DNA of 64,000 bases from Nitrospinales bacterium (GCA_965223795.1 CBDCXL010000002.1:3040001-3104000); one strand, 5' to 3'. Shown: positions 37,750 through 48,294, counted from the stretch's first letter. Numbers and translations are program-made. Notes: a model not told the origin generated them from the sequence alone.

Positions 37750-38481
37750 ATGATCTTTTCGCCGCCACCCCGTAACTTCCGCGCCGAGCTTCTGGATCTG
37801 GATGAAGCGCCGTTCGAGGAGGTGCGCGACAGCCTGTCCGATGTCCGCAAGGTCAACCGTTACCTGAGCGGCTACCGGGTGCTGCTGACGCACGCGGCCC
37901 AATTCCTTCGCAGTCACCCGGAGAACCGTCCGCTGACCGTCCTGGATGTGGCGACGGGCTCCGCCGACCAGCCCGCCGCGCTGATACGGCAGGCGCGCCG
38001 CATGAAGGTTCCGGTCCGCGTTCTCGCTCTCGATATCAATCACAAGATGCTGCTGTACGCGCGCGAGATGACCGCGCGGCTGCCGGAAATCCGGCTGGTG
38101 CAGGGCGACGTGTTTTCCCTGCCGTTCGCGGACAACAGCATCGACCTCATCATCAACTCGCTGTCGCTGCACCATTTCGCCTGGGACGACGCGGTGAAAA
38201 TTCTCAAGTCCATGCACCGCATCTGCCGGATGGGATTCATCGTCAACGACCTCAACCGCAGCCGGGTGGCGCACGCCTCGATCTTTCTTCTGACGCGGCT
38301 GCTCACGAAAAACCGGCTGACCCGCTACGACGCGCCGGTGTCGGTGATGAACGCGTTCACGCCGGATGAATTCAAAAAGCTGGCGGAGCAGGCCGGGATC
38401 GAACGCTATGAGATCCACCGCCATTTCCCTTACCGCATCGCCTTCGTCGTGAAAAAGGATGCGGCCGCTGCCACGCCATGA
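37750..38481 (+). CDS. Class I SAM-dependent methyltransferase
   Basis: VLDVATGSAD, QGDVFSLPF, SLSLHHF, IVNDLNR. Confidence 0.88.
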   Translation: MIFSPPPRNFRAELLDLDEAPFEEVRDSLSDVRKVNRYLSGYRVLLTHAAQFLRSHPENRPLTVLDVATGSADQPAALIRQARRMKVPVRVLALDINHKMLLYAREMTARLPEIRLVQGDVFSLPFADNSIDLIINSLSLHHFAWDDAVKILKSMHRICRMGFIVNDLNRSRVAHASIFLLTRLLTKNRLTRYDAPVSVMNAFTPDEFKKLAEQAGIERYEIHRHFPYRIAFVVKKDAAAATP

Positions 38482-39740
38482 AACCCACCGACGTTCTGAT
38501 CATCGGCGGCGGCCCCGCCGGAGCCGCATCGGCCCTGTTTCTCAACCGGCTGGGCTATCGGGTGCGGCTTTTGGAGCAGGCACGGTTTCCGCGGGACAAG
38601 GTGTGCGGCGAATTCATCAGCCCGGCGGCGGACCCTATTTTTGAAGAGCTGGGCGTGCTGTCCGCCCTGGAGGCGGGAAAGCCGGTGCGGCTCAAGGGCG
38701 TTGCGGTTTCCTCCTACGAAACGGCGGAATTCGCCGTGGAATACCCGATGCAGTCCGGGCGGCCGATGACCAGTCTGTCGGTGCCGCGTTCGGTGCTCGA
38801 CCCGCTTCTGCTGGACACGGTCAAGGCGGCGGGGGTGGAGGTGCTGGAAGGGTGCAAGGCGACGGATTTCATCCTGGAGTCGGGCAACGTTGCCGGCGTC
38901 CGGGGCCGGGACGACACCGGCAAGGCATTCGACGCGCGGGCACGGGTGGTGATCGACGCGGGCGGCCGGAACTGTCTTTCGATCCGCAGGTTCGGGCTCA
39001 GAAAAAAAGCGAGGCCGGGCGCCAAGATCGCGCTCGCCGCGCACTGGCGGGGAACCCGGGCGCTAAAGGATTACTGCTACATGCACATCAGCCGGCCTGG
39101 ATACACGGGCATGGCGCCGACGGGCGCGGACGAAGCCAACATCGTGCTAGTGGTGGACCGGGAATGTCTCAAAGGCGAGGACCGGCAGGAATTTTATGTG
39201 CGGACGGTGCTCAAAAACCCGCTGCGGAAAAAACTTCTGCAAGGCGGTGAAGTTATGGAGACGGCGAGGGCGGTGGATTCTCTGGAATATTCAGTGCGAC
39301 CGCTCAAGGTGGGAGGGTTGCTGCTTGTCGGGGACGCGACCGGGTTCATCGATCCGTTCACCGGAGAGGGGATCTATCTGTCGTTGCGCAGCGCGCAGAT
39401 CGCCGCGGCTGTGCTCGACAGTGCGTTCGACGCAGGGGATTGTTCCCGCAGCCAGCTCAAACACTACGATGCGCTGCGGCATCGCGAGTTCGACCGCAAA
39501 TATCTGTTGAGCCGGATTCTGCAGGCGCTGATCACCAGGCCGGACTGGTGCAACCGGGTGGTCGGGACTTTGCAACGCAATCCCGGCCTGGCCGCCACGC
39601 TGGTGGGGGTGATCGGCGATTACGTGCCGGCCCGCAAGGTGGTCTCGCTCTCATTTCTCATGCGGCTGCTGCTGCGAAGCGTGGTGACGCCGCGCAGGCT
39701 GCCTGCATTGCCCCGGACCGGAGCGCGGCAGGAGTTGTGA
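38478..39740 (+). CDS. FAD-dependent oxidoreductase (geranylgeranyl reductase/halogenase-like)
   Basis: IIGGGPAG, FPRDKVCGE, LVGDATGFIDPFTGEGI. Confidence 0.88.
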   Translation: MKPTDVLIIGGGPAGAASALFLNRLGYRVRLLEQARFPRDKVCGEFISPAADPIFEELGVLSALEAGKPVRLKGVAVSSYETAEFAVEYPMQSGRPMTSLSVPRSVLDPLLLDTVKAAGVEVLEGCKATDFILESGNVAGVRGRDDTGKAFDARARVVIDAGGRNCLSIRRFGLRKKARPGAKIALAAHWRGTRALKDYCYMHISRPGYTGMAPTGADEANIVLVVDRECLKGEDRQEFYVRTVLKNPLRKKLLQGGEVMETARAVDSLEYSVRPLKVGGLLLVGDATGFIDPFTGEGIYLSLRSAQIAAAVLDSAFDAGDCSRSQLKHYDALRHREFDRKYLLSRILQALITRPDWCNRVVGTLQRNPGLAATLVGVIGDYVPARKVVSLSFLMRLLLRSVVTPRRLPALPRTGARQEL

Positions 39741-39747
39741 CCGCGTT

Positions 39748-39975
39748 TCAGTGCAGGCTGGAATGGTATTCGTGCAGGATGGCTTCCAGCCGGTCCTTCA
39801 TTTTGAGCTTCTGTTTCTGGTGGTTCTTCTTTTCCAGTTCCTGATCGGCTGTCAGGAACTTCATTTTATTGAGCTCATCGACTTTCTGCTTCAGCTCAGC
39901 GTGCTCCTCATAGAGTTTTTTGAATTCTTCATTTTCTTTCTGAAGTTTCTCAAGCAACTCCGGATCGATCTGCAT
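39748..39975 (-). CDS. DUF465/YdcH family coiled-coil protein
   Basis: FKKLYEEHAEL, KQKLKMKDRL; AGGGAGG RBS. Confidence 0.8.
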   Translation of the reverse strand: MQIDPELLEKLQKENEEFKKLYEEHAELKQKVDELNKMKFLTADQELEKKNHQKQKLKMKDRLEAILHEYHSSLH

Positions 39976-39991
39976 ATTTTCGCCTCCCTGT

Positions 39992-40678
39992 TTATGTATT
40001 TCGGGATAAGTTGAGTTCCGCTTCCGGTTTTCTCACATAATTCAAGGTCAAATCGTTCAGACGGCTGGGTTCCACAACGCAGTTTTGCGCCAGGCGTGCG
40101 GCACTGGCGGCGACGGTCCGGTGCGGGACCTCCTGATTGCGGATGAACCGGGATTTCAGCTCGCTTGCAAGAAAACCACCATAGGTTTCGAGACCGCTGC
40201 CGATGAAAACCGTCGGCTCCGTGACCTCGCCGCACAACTGCGCCGGAGACAGGGTCCGGTCCGGCGAGGTTCTCACGATGCGTCCCGCTTCGTATCTGAA
40301 AAAAGCACAGTACACTTCTTTTTTTCTTGCGTCCAAAAGGGCGCAAATCGGTTCCGACACAGGCTTGGCGCAGGCGGCCAGAGCCTCGAGCGTCGCAACC
40401 CCCGCGAAGGGCTTTTCCGTTGCCAGAACCAGCCCTTTGATCAGGCTCAGGCCGACGCGCAGGCCGGTGAACGAGCCGGGTCCCGTGGTGACGCTGAACG
40501 CGTCGACGTCCTCAAGCTCCACTCCCGCTTCGGAGAGCACTTCGTCCACCATACGCAACAGACAGCCTGAAAAGCTGGCGGATCCTGCTAGCAATTTTTG
40601 GGAAAGTATGTGGTCGTGTTCAAGGAGGGCGACACTGCCTCGGGGGATAGATGAATCAATTCCCAGGATTCTTTTCAT
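39992..40678 (-). CDS. tsaB: tRNA threonylcarbamoyladenosine biosynthesis protein TsaB
   Basis: ILGIDSS, GPGSFTGLRVG, LDARKKEVY, YVR..EAE. Confidence 0.93.
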   Translation of the reverse strand: MKRILGIDSSIPRGSVALLEHDHILSQKLLAGSASFSGCLLRMVDEVLSEAGVELEDVDAFSVTTGPGSFTGLRVGLSLIKGLVLATEKPFAGVATLEALAACAKPVSEPICALLDARKKEVYCAFFRYEAGRIVRTSPDRTLSPAQLCGEVTEPTVFIGSGLETYGGFLASELKSRFIRNQEVPHRTVAASAARLAQNCVVEPSRLNDLTLNYVRKPEAELNLSRNT

Positions 40679-41168
40679 GCCGTGAATGACCGGAATTGGT
40701 TTCCACCGTAGCCAACGTCACCAGTGTAGTCCTTTATCGATTGCAACGCAAACTTAGATCATCGCGCCTTTATTGTCAATTAAAAAGCCCTGTTCAAAGA
40801 ATCTGAAACCGCCCGACGGGAAAGGAATAAAAGCAATCAAAATAAGCGGTTGACCGTTTTCTGCGAGCGCGCCGACGCGAAGCGGCGAACCCTTTGCGAC
40901 GGGAGAAGACCGGGAAACTTTCCTATGCGTTCCGAGTGGGGATATGGAAATCTATTCATGAAAAAGAGATCCGTTCTTGTTAAATCGGTTAAGGTAAATC
41001 TGTTTTTGGGTGCTAACAATTGAATTTATTGAGCTTATTTTCTTGACAAATTTACAAGATGCAATTATTTTGATATGCACGGTAAACCTTGATAGTGCCC
41101 ATTATTCGAGATACCAAAGAGAATTGAGGAAATGAGTAGAGAAAATCAAAATCATTATCGCAAAGGGG

Positions 41169-41378
41169 ATGGCCATGTTTTTTGAGGTTAAGATTTTCAA
41201 TGCCGATGGAGAATTGAAGCGGATCGTTTCCCCGAAAAAACTGAGCAAGCAATTCTGGAAGGAAAGCGAGAACGCCCAGCCCGACTTCACAGACCAGGAG
41301 ATCCCCGGAGAGGACTGGGGCATGAAGGGCCTGAGCGGAGAGAAGGTGCGCATTCAGGTGGACGACACCGTATCCTAG
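41169..41378 (+). CDS. Small hypothetical protein
   Basis: 69-aa ORF with AAGGGG RBS; followed by AAAAACCGGCCGGTTTTT palindrome. Confidence 0.6.
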   Translation: MAMFFEVKIFNADGELKRIVSPKKLSKQFWKESENAQPDFTDQEIPGEDWGMKGLSGEKVRIQVDDTVS

Positions 41379-41626
41379 CTTTGAACTGGAAAAACCGGCC
41401 GGTTTTTCGGTATCACTGACTCATTCGAATCCAGATCCGAACCTTTCCCCTTTCCGGATTCCCACCCGTCACAAGAGGCATCTCCCGCTGCGGGAGTCCG
41501 GTTGTATTTACGCCCGTTTCGAGTTTTATCCCCCCATGCCGCGAAAATTATGCTACTAGAATTGTTACCCTTGGACAGATGAGCCCGGTTTTCGGGTTCT
41601 GCGCTTTTTAGAATCAGGAGTTTGCC

Positions 41627-42808
41627 GTGTACATCACGACCGCGGAAGAACTTTCCGCTTTGTGCGAGAAACTGAAAAAATGTACCGTGCTGACTCTGGA
41701 CACGGAATTCGTCCGCGAAAGGACCTATTTCCACAAGCTGGGCTTGATCCAGGTCGGCGGCGACGGGATCTGCGCCGCCCTGGACCCGATCCTGCTTCCC
41801 TCGCTCGACCCTTTCCTCAAGCTGATACAAAACCCGGATGTGGTGAAAGTGTTCCACGCATCCAAGCAGGATCTGGAAATTCTGTTCCGCTTGTCCGGAA
41901 TCGTGGCGCGTCCCGTGTTCGACACCCAGGTGGCTGCGTCCATCGTGGGCTGGGGGTCGCAGATATCCTTCGCCAAGATCGTGCAGAAAGTCACCGGCAA
42001 AAAGATCCACAAGACCGAGACCTACACGGACTGGTGCCGCCGGCCGCTGAGCGACAATCAGGTTGAATACGCGCTGGACGATGTGCGTTACCTGTTTCCG
42101 GTTTACGAAAAGCTGCTCAAGGTGTTGACGCGGCTCAACCGGCTGGACTGGGTGCAGGGTGAATTCGAGAAACTGGAGAACCCGAAGACCTTCGCGCTTC
42201 CCGATCCCCGGCGGCAGTACCTCAAGATCAAGAACATCCGCAACCTCAAGCGGCGCAACCTCGCGGTCATGGTCGAGCTGGCGGCCTGGCGCGAAGAGGA
42301 GGCGGTGAAGCGCAACTGCCTGCCCAAGGCGGTGGTGCGCGACGAGCCGCTGTTAGAGATCGCCCGCACGCTGCCGAAAAAACCGGACGCGCTGTCCGCC
42401 ATCCGCGGTTTCCACCGTAAAGAGGTGTCCAAGAGCGGCGCGTCCATCATGCAGGCCATCGAAACCGGTCTCGCCGTGCCCGAGCAGGACATTCCGGAAC
42501 TGCCGGAATACGACGGCTACTCCACGCGCAAGGGGGTGGAGGAACTGCTCGCGGCCTATGTGCAGATCCGCTCCGAGGAATTGAAGATCGAACCCAGCGT
42601 GCTCGCCCACCGCAAGCAGATCCACGATTTTGTCAAATGCTACGAGCAGGGGGAAAACCTGGAGGAACATTTTCTGTTTCAGGGCTGGCGCAAGGAGTGC
42701 ATCGGCTCGCGGCTGCACGCCCTTCTGGAAGGAGAAAAAGGGCTGGGCATCGACAAATCCGGCCGGGTCACCCTGATCGCATCCACCCGCAAGGAACCCT
42801 TTACCTGA
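41627..42808 (+). CDS. rnd: Ribonuclease D
   Basis: LDTEFVRERTY, KVFHASKQDLE, FDTQVAA, TDWCRRPLS, YALDDV, HRDC domain. Confidence 0.93.
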   Translation: MYITTAEELSALCEKLKKCTVLTLDTEFVRERTYFHKLGLIQVGGDGICAALDPILLPSLDPFLKLIQNPDVVKVFHASKQDLEILFRLSGIVARPVFDTQVAASIVGWGSQISFAKIVQKVTGKKIHKTETYTDWCRRPLSDNQVEYALDDVRYLFPVYEKLLKVLTRLNRLDWVQGEFEKLENPKTFALPDPRRQYLKIKNIRNLKRRNLAVMVELAAWREEEAVKRNCLPKAVVRDEPLLEIARTLPKKPDALSAIRGFHRKEVSKSGASIMQAIETGLAVPEQDIPELPEYDGYSTRKGVEELLAAYVQIRSEELKIEPSVLAHRKQIHDFVKCYEQGENLEEHFLFQGWRKECIGSRLHALLEGEKGLGIDKSGRVTLIASTRKEPFT

Positions 42809-42832
42809 TCCATCCCGCCGTCTTGTGGCGGC

Positions 42833-43468
42833 TCAGGCTTTCTCGTGCTGCTCTGTCCGCCATTCCTTGAAGGATGAATCTTTCCGCAACGTTTTCAGAT
42901 CCGGGTCGGTATCGATCGTGCGCCAGTTTTTGTAGCCCCTGGCGACGGCGTCCTTGAGAGCGGCAAGACTTTCCTCCACGTTTCCTGTCAGCGAATAATA
43001 GCAGGCGAGGTTGTAATGCAGATGCGGGCGATCCGGATTGATGGCCTTGAGCGCGTTCAGGGTTTCGAGAGCCTCGCCGAGTTGCCCGGCTTTGAGATAG
43101 GCGGTGCTCAGGTTGATGTGGGCTTCCTCAAATTCCTTGTTGTGATGCAGGGCCATCTTGTAGTTGCGCACGGCCTCATCCCATTCGTTCTGCTTTAAAA
43201 AGCGGTTCCCCTCGTTGTAGTGAAAGATCCCCATGCGGCGGTTTTTTTCAGGGTCGTCGTGCGGGTCGCCTTCGCCTTCATGGGAGTGGGCGTGCGGTTC
43301 CGCCGCGTGGCCGTTTGCGGAAGCGGCTTTGGATGGCTGCGGGGCATCGCCGGGCCTCGGGCCTTGGGAGGGATGGCGGATCCAGGTGGTGTCCTCGATC
43401 CAGAACACGACGGCGGCGAGGATCAGGAGGATCGGGGTCCATTTCTTGAGCGTGCCGGGGATCTGCAT
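42833..43468 (-). CDS. Membrane-anchored TPR protein
   Basis: N-terminal TM, His-rich linker, TPRs, HYNLACYYS...DPDLKTLR cap. Confidence 0.82.
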   Translation of the reverse strand: MQIPGTLKKWTPILLILAAVVFWIEDTTWIRHPSQGPRPGDAPQPSKAASANGHAAEPHAHSHEGEGDPHDDPEKNRRMGIFHYNEGNRFLKQNEWDEAVRNYKMALHHNKEFEEAHINLSTAYLKAGQLGEALETLNALKAINPDRPHLHYNLACYYSLTGNVEESLAALKDAVARGYKNWRTIDTDPDLKTLRKDSSFKEWRTEQHEKA

Positions 43469-43482
43469 GCCCCATTGTAAAC

Positions 43483-44883
43483 TCAGCCGCTCAGCCCGGG
43501 GAAGAAAAGTTTCAGCTCGCTGGCGGAGCCTAGAAACCCGACGTTTTCGATGGCGGCGCCGTGCGAGCACAGATTGTAGAGGCGCACCTCCGGGTGGCGC
43601 TTCGCGATGGCCTCGATGGTGCGCTTGTAGCTGAACAGATTCTGGTGGGTGGTCAGTGTTTCACCGAAGGCGCCCCGGACCGGCACCTGCTTTTTTTCGC
43701 CGGTCTTTGCCTCGTGTTCTGCGCTAAGGGGGAGGCTGTGGTGGATGCGGTCGATGAGCCTTCGGTTGTTCAGGGAGCGGCTCGAATAAGTGCGCTGGCC
43801 CGAATGGGCGAGATCCTGACCCAGCAGAAAAACCGGATTGCAGCCCATGCGAATGAGGCCGTCGAGCGCCAAGCAGGCCACCGAACCGCCCGCCTGCGTC
43901 GCGCCTTTTTTCTCAAGCTCCGCCGGGTCGGCGGTGCAGAGCGAATGGCCCTCCTTGTACACGACGTAACGCTCCCCCGTATGCCGGTCCAGGATTTTCG
44001 CCTGTGCTGTGGGTGTGAATACCAGCCGGTACGTTGCATCTCTGTCGGCTGCGAAGTAGCGGCAGCTTTCCTCCTGCGGGTCGAGGGTGAACACATAGTC
44101 GGGGACGACGCCGTCTGCGATGAGGATCGGCAGCGCCGTATCGACGCAGGCGATGACGCCGTCCAGCCGTTTGAGGTGCGGCAGCAGATCGTCGAGCGAA
44201 GGACCGGCGCTCACCAGGATGCCCGGCCGTCCGCGGTGCCGGTCCTTGAGGGCGTTGATGCCCGGCGCGGCGGCGGCGATCTTTTGGTTGTGATGCCAGT
44301 TTTCCTGTTCCAGACTGCCCATGAGCGCCGGGAAGCGCCGCTCCATGCGCAGGATTTCCAGGGCGTTGGCGAGGCCGGGAAACTGCGGCGGGATGCAGTT
44401 GAACGAGGGCGCGTGAAACAGCACCTGCATGGCATCCGCGTGCGTTTCATCGGCGAGGCGGCTTGAGATCGCCTGCGCGGCGGCGGTTTCCCCGCGGTCG
44501 AATAGAAGATGAAAGTTTTCTTTTTCAAACAACGCGGTGTGGTCCATGAGGATGAGCGCGGCGGACAGCAGATCGGCGTTGAGTTCGACCACGCACAGCG
44601 ATCCTTCAGGGCCGATGCGATTGAGCAGCGGGGCGACGTGGTGGCCGAGGCCGAAGCCATAGAGGAAAACACGGCTTCCCGGCGGGATCGATTCGGCAAA
44701 CGCCTTGCCTTCGCGCACCGGATCGTAGCTGCTGTGGATGAGCGTCTTGTCGAAACGCACGCTGATCGCGCCCGTTGCCGTGGTCACCACGTCGATGCGG
44801 TCCGAAAGCTTGGGAGACAGCGAAGCCGCAGCGGGGGTGCGGGATTTGAGGGCGGCGAGGTTCTTGTCGAAAAAAGAGTGCAT
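43483..44883 (-). CDS. DUF115 / Maf (MptE-like) family protein
   Basis: HSSYDP..E, GFGLGH, VSAGPSL, IACVDTAL, PDYVFTLDP, GGSV, GCNPVFLLGQDLA. Confidence 0.85.
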   Translation of the reverse strand: MHSFFDKNLAALKSRTPAAASLSPKLSDRIDVVTTATGAISVRFDKTLIHSSYDPVREGKAFAESIPPGSRVFLYGFGLGHHVAPLLNRIGPEGSLCVVELNADLLSAALILMDHTALFEKENFHLLFDRGETAAAQAISSRLADETHADAMQVLFHAPSFNCIPPQFPGLANALEILRMERRFPALMGSLEQENWHHNQKIAAAAPGINALKDRHRGRPGILVSAGPSLDDLLPHLKRLDGVIACVDTALPILIADGVVPDYVFTLDPQEESCRYFAADRDATYRLVFTPTAQAKILDRHTGERYVVYKEGHSLCTADPAELEKKGATQAGGSVACLALDGLIRMGCNPVFLLGQDLAHSGQRTYSSRSLNNRRLIDRIHHSLPLSAEHEAKTGEKKQVPVRGAFGETLTTHQNLFSYKRTIEAIAKRHPEVRLYNLCSHGAAIENVGFLGSASELKLFFPGLSG

Positions 44884-45022
44884 GCGTGCCTGAGTGTTTG
44901 GGCGGGGACGGTTTTACGATGAAAAATTTTGTTGCCTTGCAATCATTGCGGTTTTTATTTAATAATCATGAGTGTGAACCGGCTTTCCTTTTAATGACCG
45001 TTCTCATTTTTCCTTCCTCAAA

Positions 45023-46894
45023 GTGTCCGACCCGTCTGCTGCAAAAATCCGCGTTCTTTCCGACGATCTGGCCAACCAGATCGCCGCTGGAGAGGTGGTG
45101 GAACGTCCCGCTTCGGTGGTGAAGGAGCTGGTGGAAAATTCCATCGACGCCGGCGCGACGCGCATCGAGGTGGAAATCGAGTCGGGCGGAAAAAAGAGCA
45201 TCCGCATCCGTGACAACGGCTCGGGCATGGGTGCTGAGGACGCGCAGCTCGCGTTTTCCCGGCATTCGACCAGCAAGATCGCCAAAGCCCAGGATCTTTC
45301 CGGCATTCTCACGCTGGGGTTTCGCGGCGAAGCGCTGCCGAGCATCGCTTCGGTGGCGCGGGTGCGGCTGAACACGGCCGCGGATGAGAGCGAGGGCGGC
45401 ACGCAGGTGATGATCGAAGGCGGAAACGTCGTTTCGGTCAAGGACGCCGCGCGCTCGCGCGGCACCGACCTGGAAGTGGCGCAGCTTTTTTACAACACAC
45501 CGGCGCGGCAGAAATTCCTCAAGGGCGACGGGACCGAGTTTTCCCACATCGTTCAGGGGGTGACCCAGCAGGCGCTGGCCCGCCCGCACATCCATTTTAC
45601 ATTGAAGCACAACGGCCGCGAGATCCTCAACACCCTTCCGACCGACCAGCTTCTGTACCGCATCGCGGAGCTGTTCGGCAACGAGATGGCGAAAGAGCTG
45701 CTCGAGGTGAAGATGGAAGAGGGGAGCTACCGCCTCACCGGGTACGTGTCCAGCCCCATTTTCACGCGCTCCAACCGTTCGGCGCAGTACTGTTTCATCA
45801 ACGGACGCTGCGTGCGCGACAAGGTGATCCTGCACGCCACCCAGCAGGGATACAGCCACCTTCTGCCCAAAGGAAGGCACCCGGTTATTTTTCTCATGCT
45901 GTCGATGGATGCGAAACTGCTGGATGTCAATGTGCATCCGAGCAAGGCGGAGGTGCGCTTCGCGTATCAGCAGGAGGTGCACCGCCTGGTCAGCGAGGGC
46001 GTGCGCCGGGCCCTTTCGGTGAAAGCGGGCGGGGATATGGCGCCGCCGCCCGAAATCCCCGAGCGGGAAAATCCGGCTGTGGCCGAACCCGCGGCGGCGT
46101 ACAACGTTTCCGCCTCACCCGCCTGGCGGCACGGGTCGCGCCCGTTTGAAAGAGAAAGTCACACGCCTGAAAAGAGGGAAGATCTCGCCCGCGCGCTGAA
46201 GATGATGGCTCCCTCCTGCACGACGGCGGCGTCGCCGCGCCCGGTGCCGGCGGATGAATGCCGCCAGCAGCCGGTGTTTTATGACGCCGCGCCGCAGCCG
46301 GTGTCGCGGCTGATCTATTCGGAGTATGAACCCCTGGGCCAGCTCGACCGCTCGTTCATCGTCATGCAGGGGAAGGGCGGCATCGTGGTGGTGGACCAGC
46401 ACGTGGCGCACGAGCGCATCCTGTACGAACGGTTCCGCAACGCCGCGCGCGACCGGAAAATCGAAGTGCAGAAGCTGTTGTTTCCGCAGAATGTGGAGCT
46501 TTCCCCGGCGGAGGCGGCGCTGCTCAACACGCAGCGGCAAAGGCTTCTTGAACTGGGGCTGGATTTCGAGCCGTTCGGCGACAACGCCTTCGTGGTGCGG
46601 GCGATGCCGGCGGTTCTGAAGGACAACGATCCGGAGGCGATTTTAAAGGAAATCGCCGAGCTTCTGCCGCGCAAGGACGATCCCAGGGTGGTGGAGGAAA
46701 AATTCGAGGACATCCTCATCATGATGTCCTGCCGCAACGCCATCAAAGTCAATCACACGCTCAACCTGGAGCAGATCCGGAATCTGATCGCCGACCTGGA
46801 GCAGACGGAGATGCCGTTCACCTGCCCGCACGGAAGACCCATCGCGCTGTTTTTCGACATCAACGACATCCTGAGAAAATTTCTGAGAAAGTGA
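45023..46894 (+). CDS. mutL: DNA mismatch repair endonuclease MutL
   Basis: NQIAAGEVVERPASVVKELVENS, GFRGEAL, DQHVAHERILYE, CPHGRP. Confidence 0.97.
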   Translation: MSDPSAAKIRVLSDDLANQIAAGEVVERPASVVKELVENSIDAGATRIEVEIESGGKKSIRIRDNGSGMGAEDAQLAFSRHSTSKIAKAQDLSGILTLGFRGEALPSIASVARVRLNTAADESEGGTQVMIEGGNVVSVKDAARSRGTDLEVAQLFYNTPARQKFLKGDGTEFSHIVQGVTQQALARPHIHFTLKHNGREILNTLPTDQLLYRIAELFGNEMAKELLEVKMEEGSYRLTGYVSSPIFTRSNRSAQYCFINGRCVRDKVILHATQQGYSHLLPKGRHPVIFLMLSMDAKLLDVNVHPSKAEVRFAYQQEVHRLVSEGVRRALSVKAGGDMAPPPEIPERENPAVAEPAAAYNVSASPAWRHGSRPFERESHTPEKREDLARALKMMAPSCTTAASPRPVPADECRQQPVFYDAAPQPVSRLIYSEYEPLGQLDRSFIVMQGKGGIVVVDQHVAHERILYERFRNAARDRKIEVQKLLFPQNVELSPAEAALLNTQRQRLLELGLDFEPFGDNAFVVRAMPAVLKDNDPEAILKEIAELLPRKDDPRVVEEKFEDILIMMSCRNAIKVNHTLNLEQIRNLIADLEQTEMPFTCPHGRPIALFFDINDILRKFLRK

Positions 46895-46918
46895 CCGGCC
46901 GCTGATGGCCGCCGCGCT

Positions 46919-47473
46919 TCAGCCTTTGACGGTGATCTTTTTGATCGAGCGCGCCATCTGCTTCAGACGCGCTGCGTTTTTGGCCTTGACCACTTTCTTG
47001 GCGACTTTTTTGCCGCGTTTGGGCTTGGCGTTGGGTTTCGTGTTGTTGAGCGCCCATTCCAGATCGAGCAGGTATTTGCCCCGGGTCATCCGGTCCATTT
47101 TGCGGAACGTGGACAGCAGTTTTTTCTCGCTTTTACTGGTGCTGATCAGAAAATCCGGCTTGAGGCCCTTGAACATCAGGCGTCCTTCGTCGAGGCCGCC
47201 GCTGATGACTTCCAGCTTCCGGGAGTTTTTCGGAATGGATTCGGTGTCCGGGATTTTCAGGTCGTCATCGTCGATACGCGTGGTCAAAAGCCGGTCCAGG
47301 GACACGTTTCCCAGCTTGGCGAGCTTGACCAGGAGCGAAATGGGGGCGTCCCGCTCGCCCGCCTCATAGCGGACATAGGTGCGAAACCCGATGTCCAGCA
47401 CTTCGGACAAGGCCATTTGCGTGCAGTTGAGGTTTTTTCGAATGGTCTTGAGGTTTTCTGACAGAATGGTCAT
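46919..47473 (-). CDS. XRE-family HTH protein with Lys-rich C-terminus
   Basis: ENLKTIRK..TQMALSEVL..YVRYEAGER..LVKLA. Confidence 0.8.
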   Translation of the reverse strand: MTILSENLKTIRKNLNCTQMALSEVLDIGFRTYVRYEAGERDAPISLLVKLAKLGNVSLDRLLTTRIDDDDLKIPDTESIPKNSRKLEVISGGLDEGRLMFKGLKPDFLISTSKSEKKLLSTFRKMDRMTRGKYLLDLEWALNNTKPNAKPKRGKKVAKKVVKAKNAARLKQMARSIKKITVKG

Positions 47474-47532
47474 CGCTATTTGGGTTTTGAAATGTTTTAT
47501 GTCGGAGTGAAACCCAAATGTAGCAGAAAAAA

Positions 47533-48294
47533 TCAGGCGAGTTCAATGCCATTCTTTTTGAGAAATTTGTAAGCCTCTTCAATCCAATAACGTTCCTTTT
47601 CCAATTTGTATTCCGGCAGGTCCTTGGAAGAACCGATGAGGCTTTTCATCTGGGCGATGGCTTCCTGTTTTTTGCCGAGCTTGTCCAGCAGCCGTCCGTA
47701 ATGGTAGTAGGCCTTGAAGAAGGCGAAGGAGTTGATCACTTCGCGGTACTTTTCCAGCGCCTTGTCGTCCTGGCCCGCCAGGCGGTAACATTCCGCCAGG
47801 CCGAAGATGGCGTTGCCGTAGTCGTATTTTTTGTCGATGGCGACCAGCTCTTCCAGAATGGCCGCCGCTTCCTCGTAATTGCCCAGGGCGTGGTGGCTTT
47901 TGGCCAGGCCGTAGCGGGCCTCGTTCATTTCCGGGTCTTTCTTGACCGCTTCCTCGAACTGAGGGATGGCGAGCTGGTATTTTTTCTGGTCCAGATACGC
48001 CTGCCCGAGTTTCTCGTAATGGTAGGCTTTCTTGTACTTTCCGATCAACTCCTTGAGCTGCAGGGTCTCCTCGGTTTCCACTTCCTTGGGCGCGGACGGG
48101 GGCGCGAAGATTTTGACCGGCTTGGCGCCGCCAGCCTGACCGGCCTTGGCCTTGACGGCGAAGTAATACACCACCGCGCCGATGGGAAACAGCACCACCA
48201 TGATGATGATCCAGACGAAGTGTTCCTTCCTCTGGATGCAATCGAGGCACATCCATACCATGAACGCCAATGCGAGAATGATGATTACATCCAT
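47533..48294 (-). CDS. Membrane-anchored TPR protein (PLDc_N-like N-terminus)
   Basis: Two TM helices (WIIIMVVLFPIGAVVYY) then TPR repeats. Confidence 0.8.
   Translation of the reverse strand: MDVIIILALAFMVWMCLDCIQRKEHFVWIIIMVVLFPIGAVVYYFAVKAKAGQAGGAKPVKIFAPPSAPKEVETEETLQLKELIGKYKKAYHYEKLGQAYLDQKKYQLAIPQFEEAVKKDPEMNEARYGLAKSHHALGNYEEAAAILEELVAIDKKYDYGNAIFGLAECYRLAGQDDKALEKYREVINSFAFFKAYYHYGRLLDKLGKKQEAIAQMKSLIGSSKDLPEYKLEKERYWIEEAYKFLKKNGIELA

Noticed and set aside
40680..41168. Riboswitch or small gene in the tsaB upstream region
   Set aside because: Only promoter-like AT-rich DNA (TTGACA-N17-TAAGTT on minus strand, 40751-40779) and weak hairpins; the short ORFs have no support
46919..47473. 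Prophage repressor or toxin-antitoxin antitoxin
   Set aside because: No phage genes, peptidase S24 domain or adjacent toxin; lies among housekeeping genes
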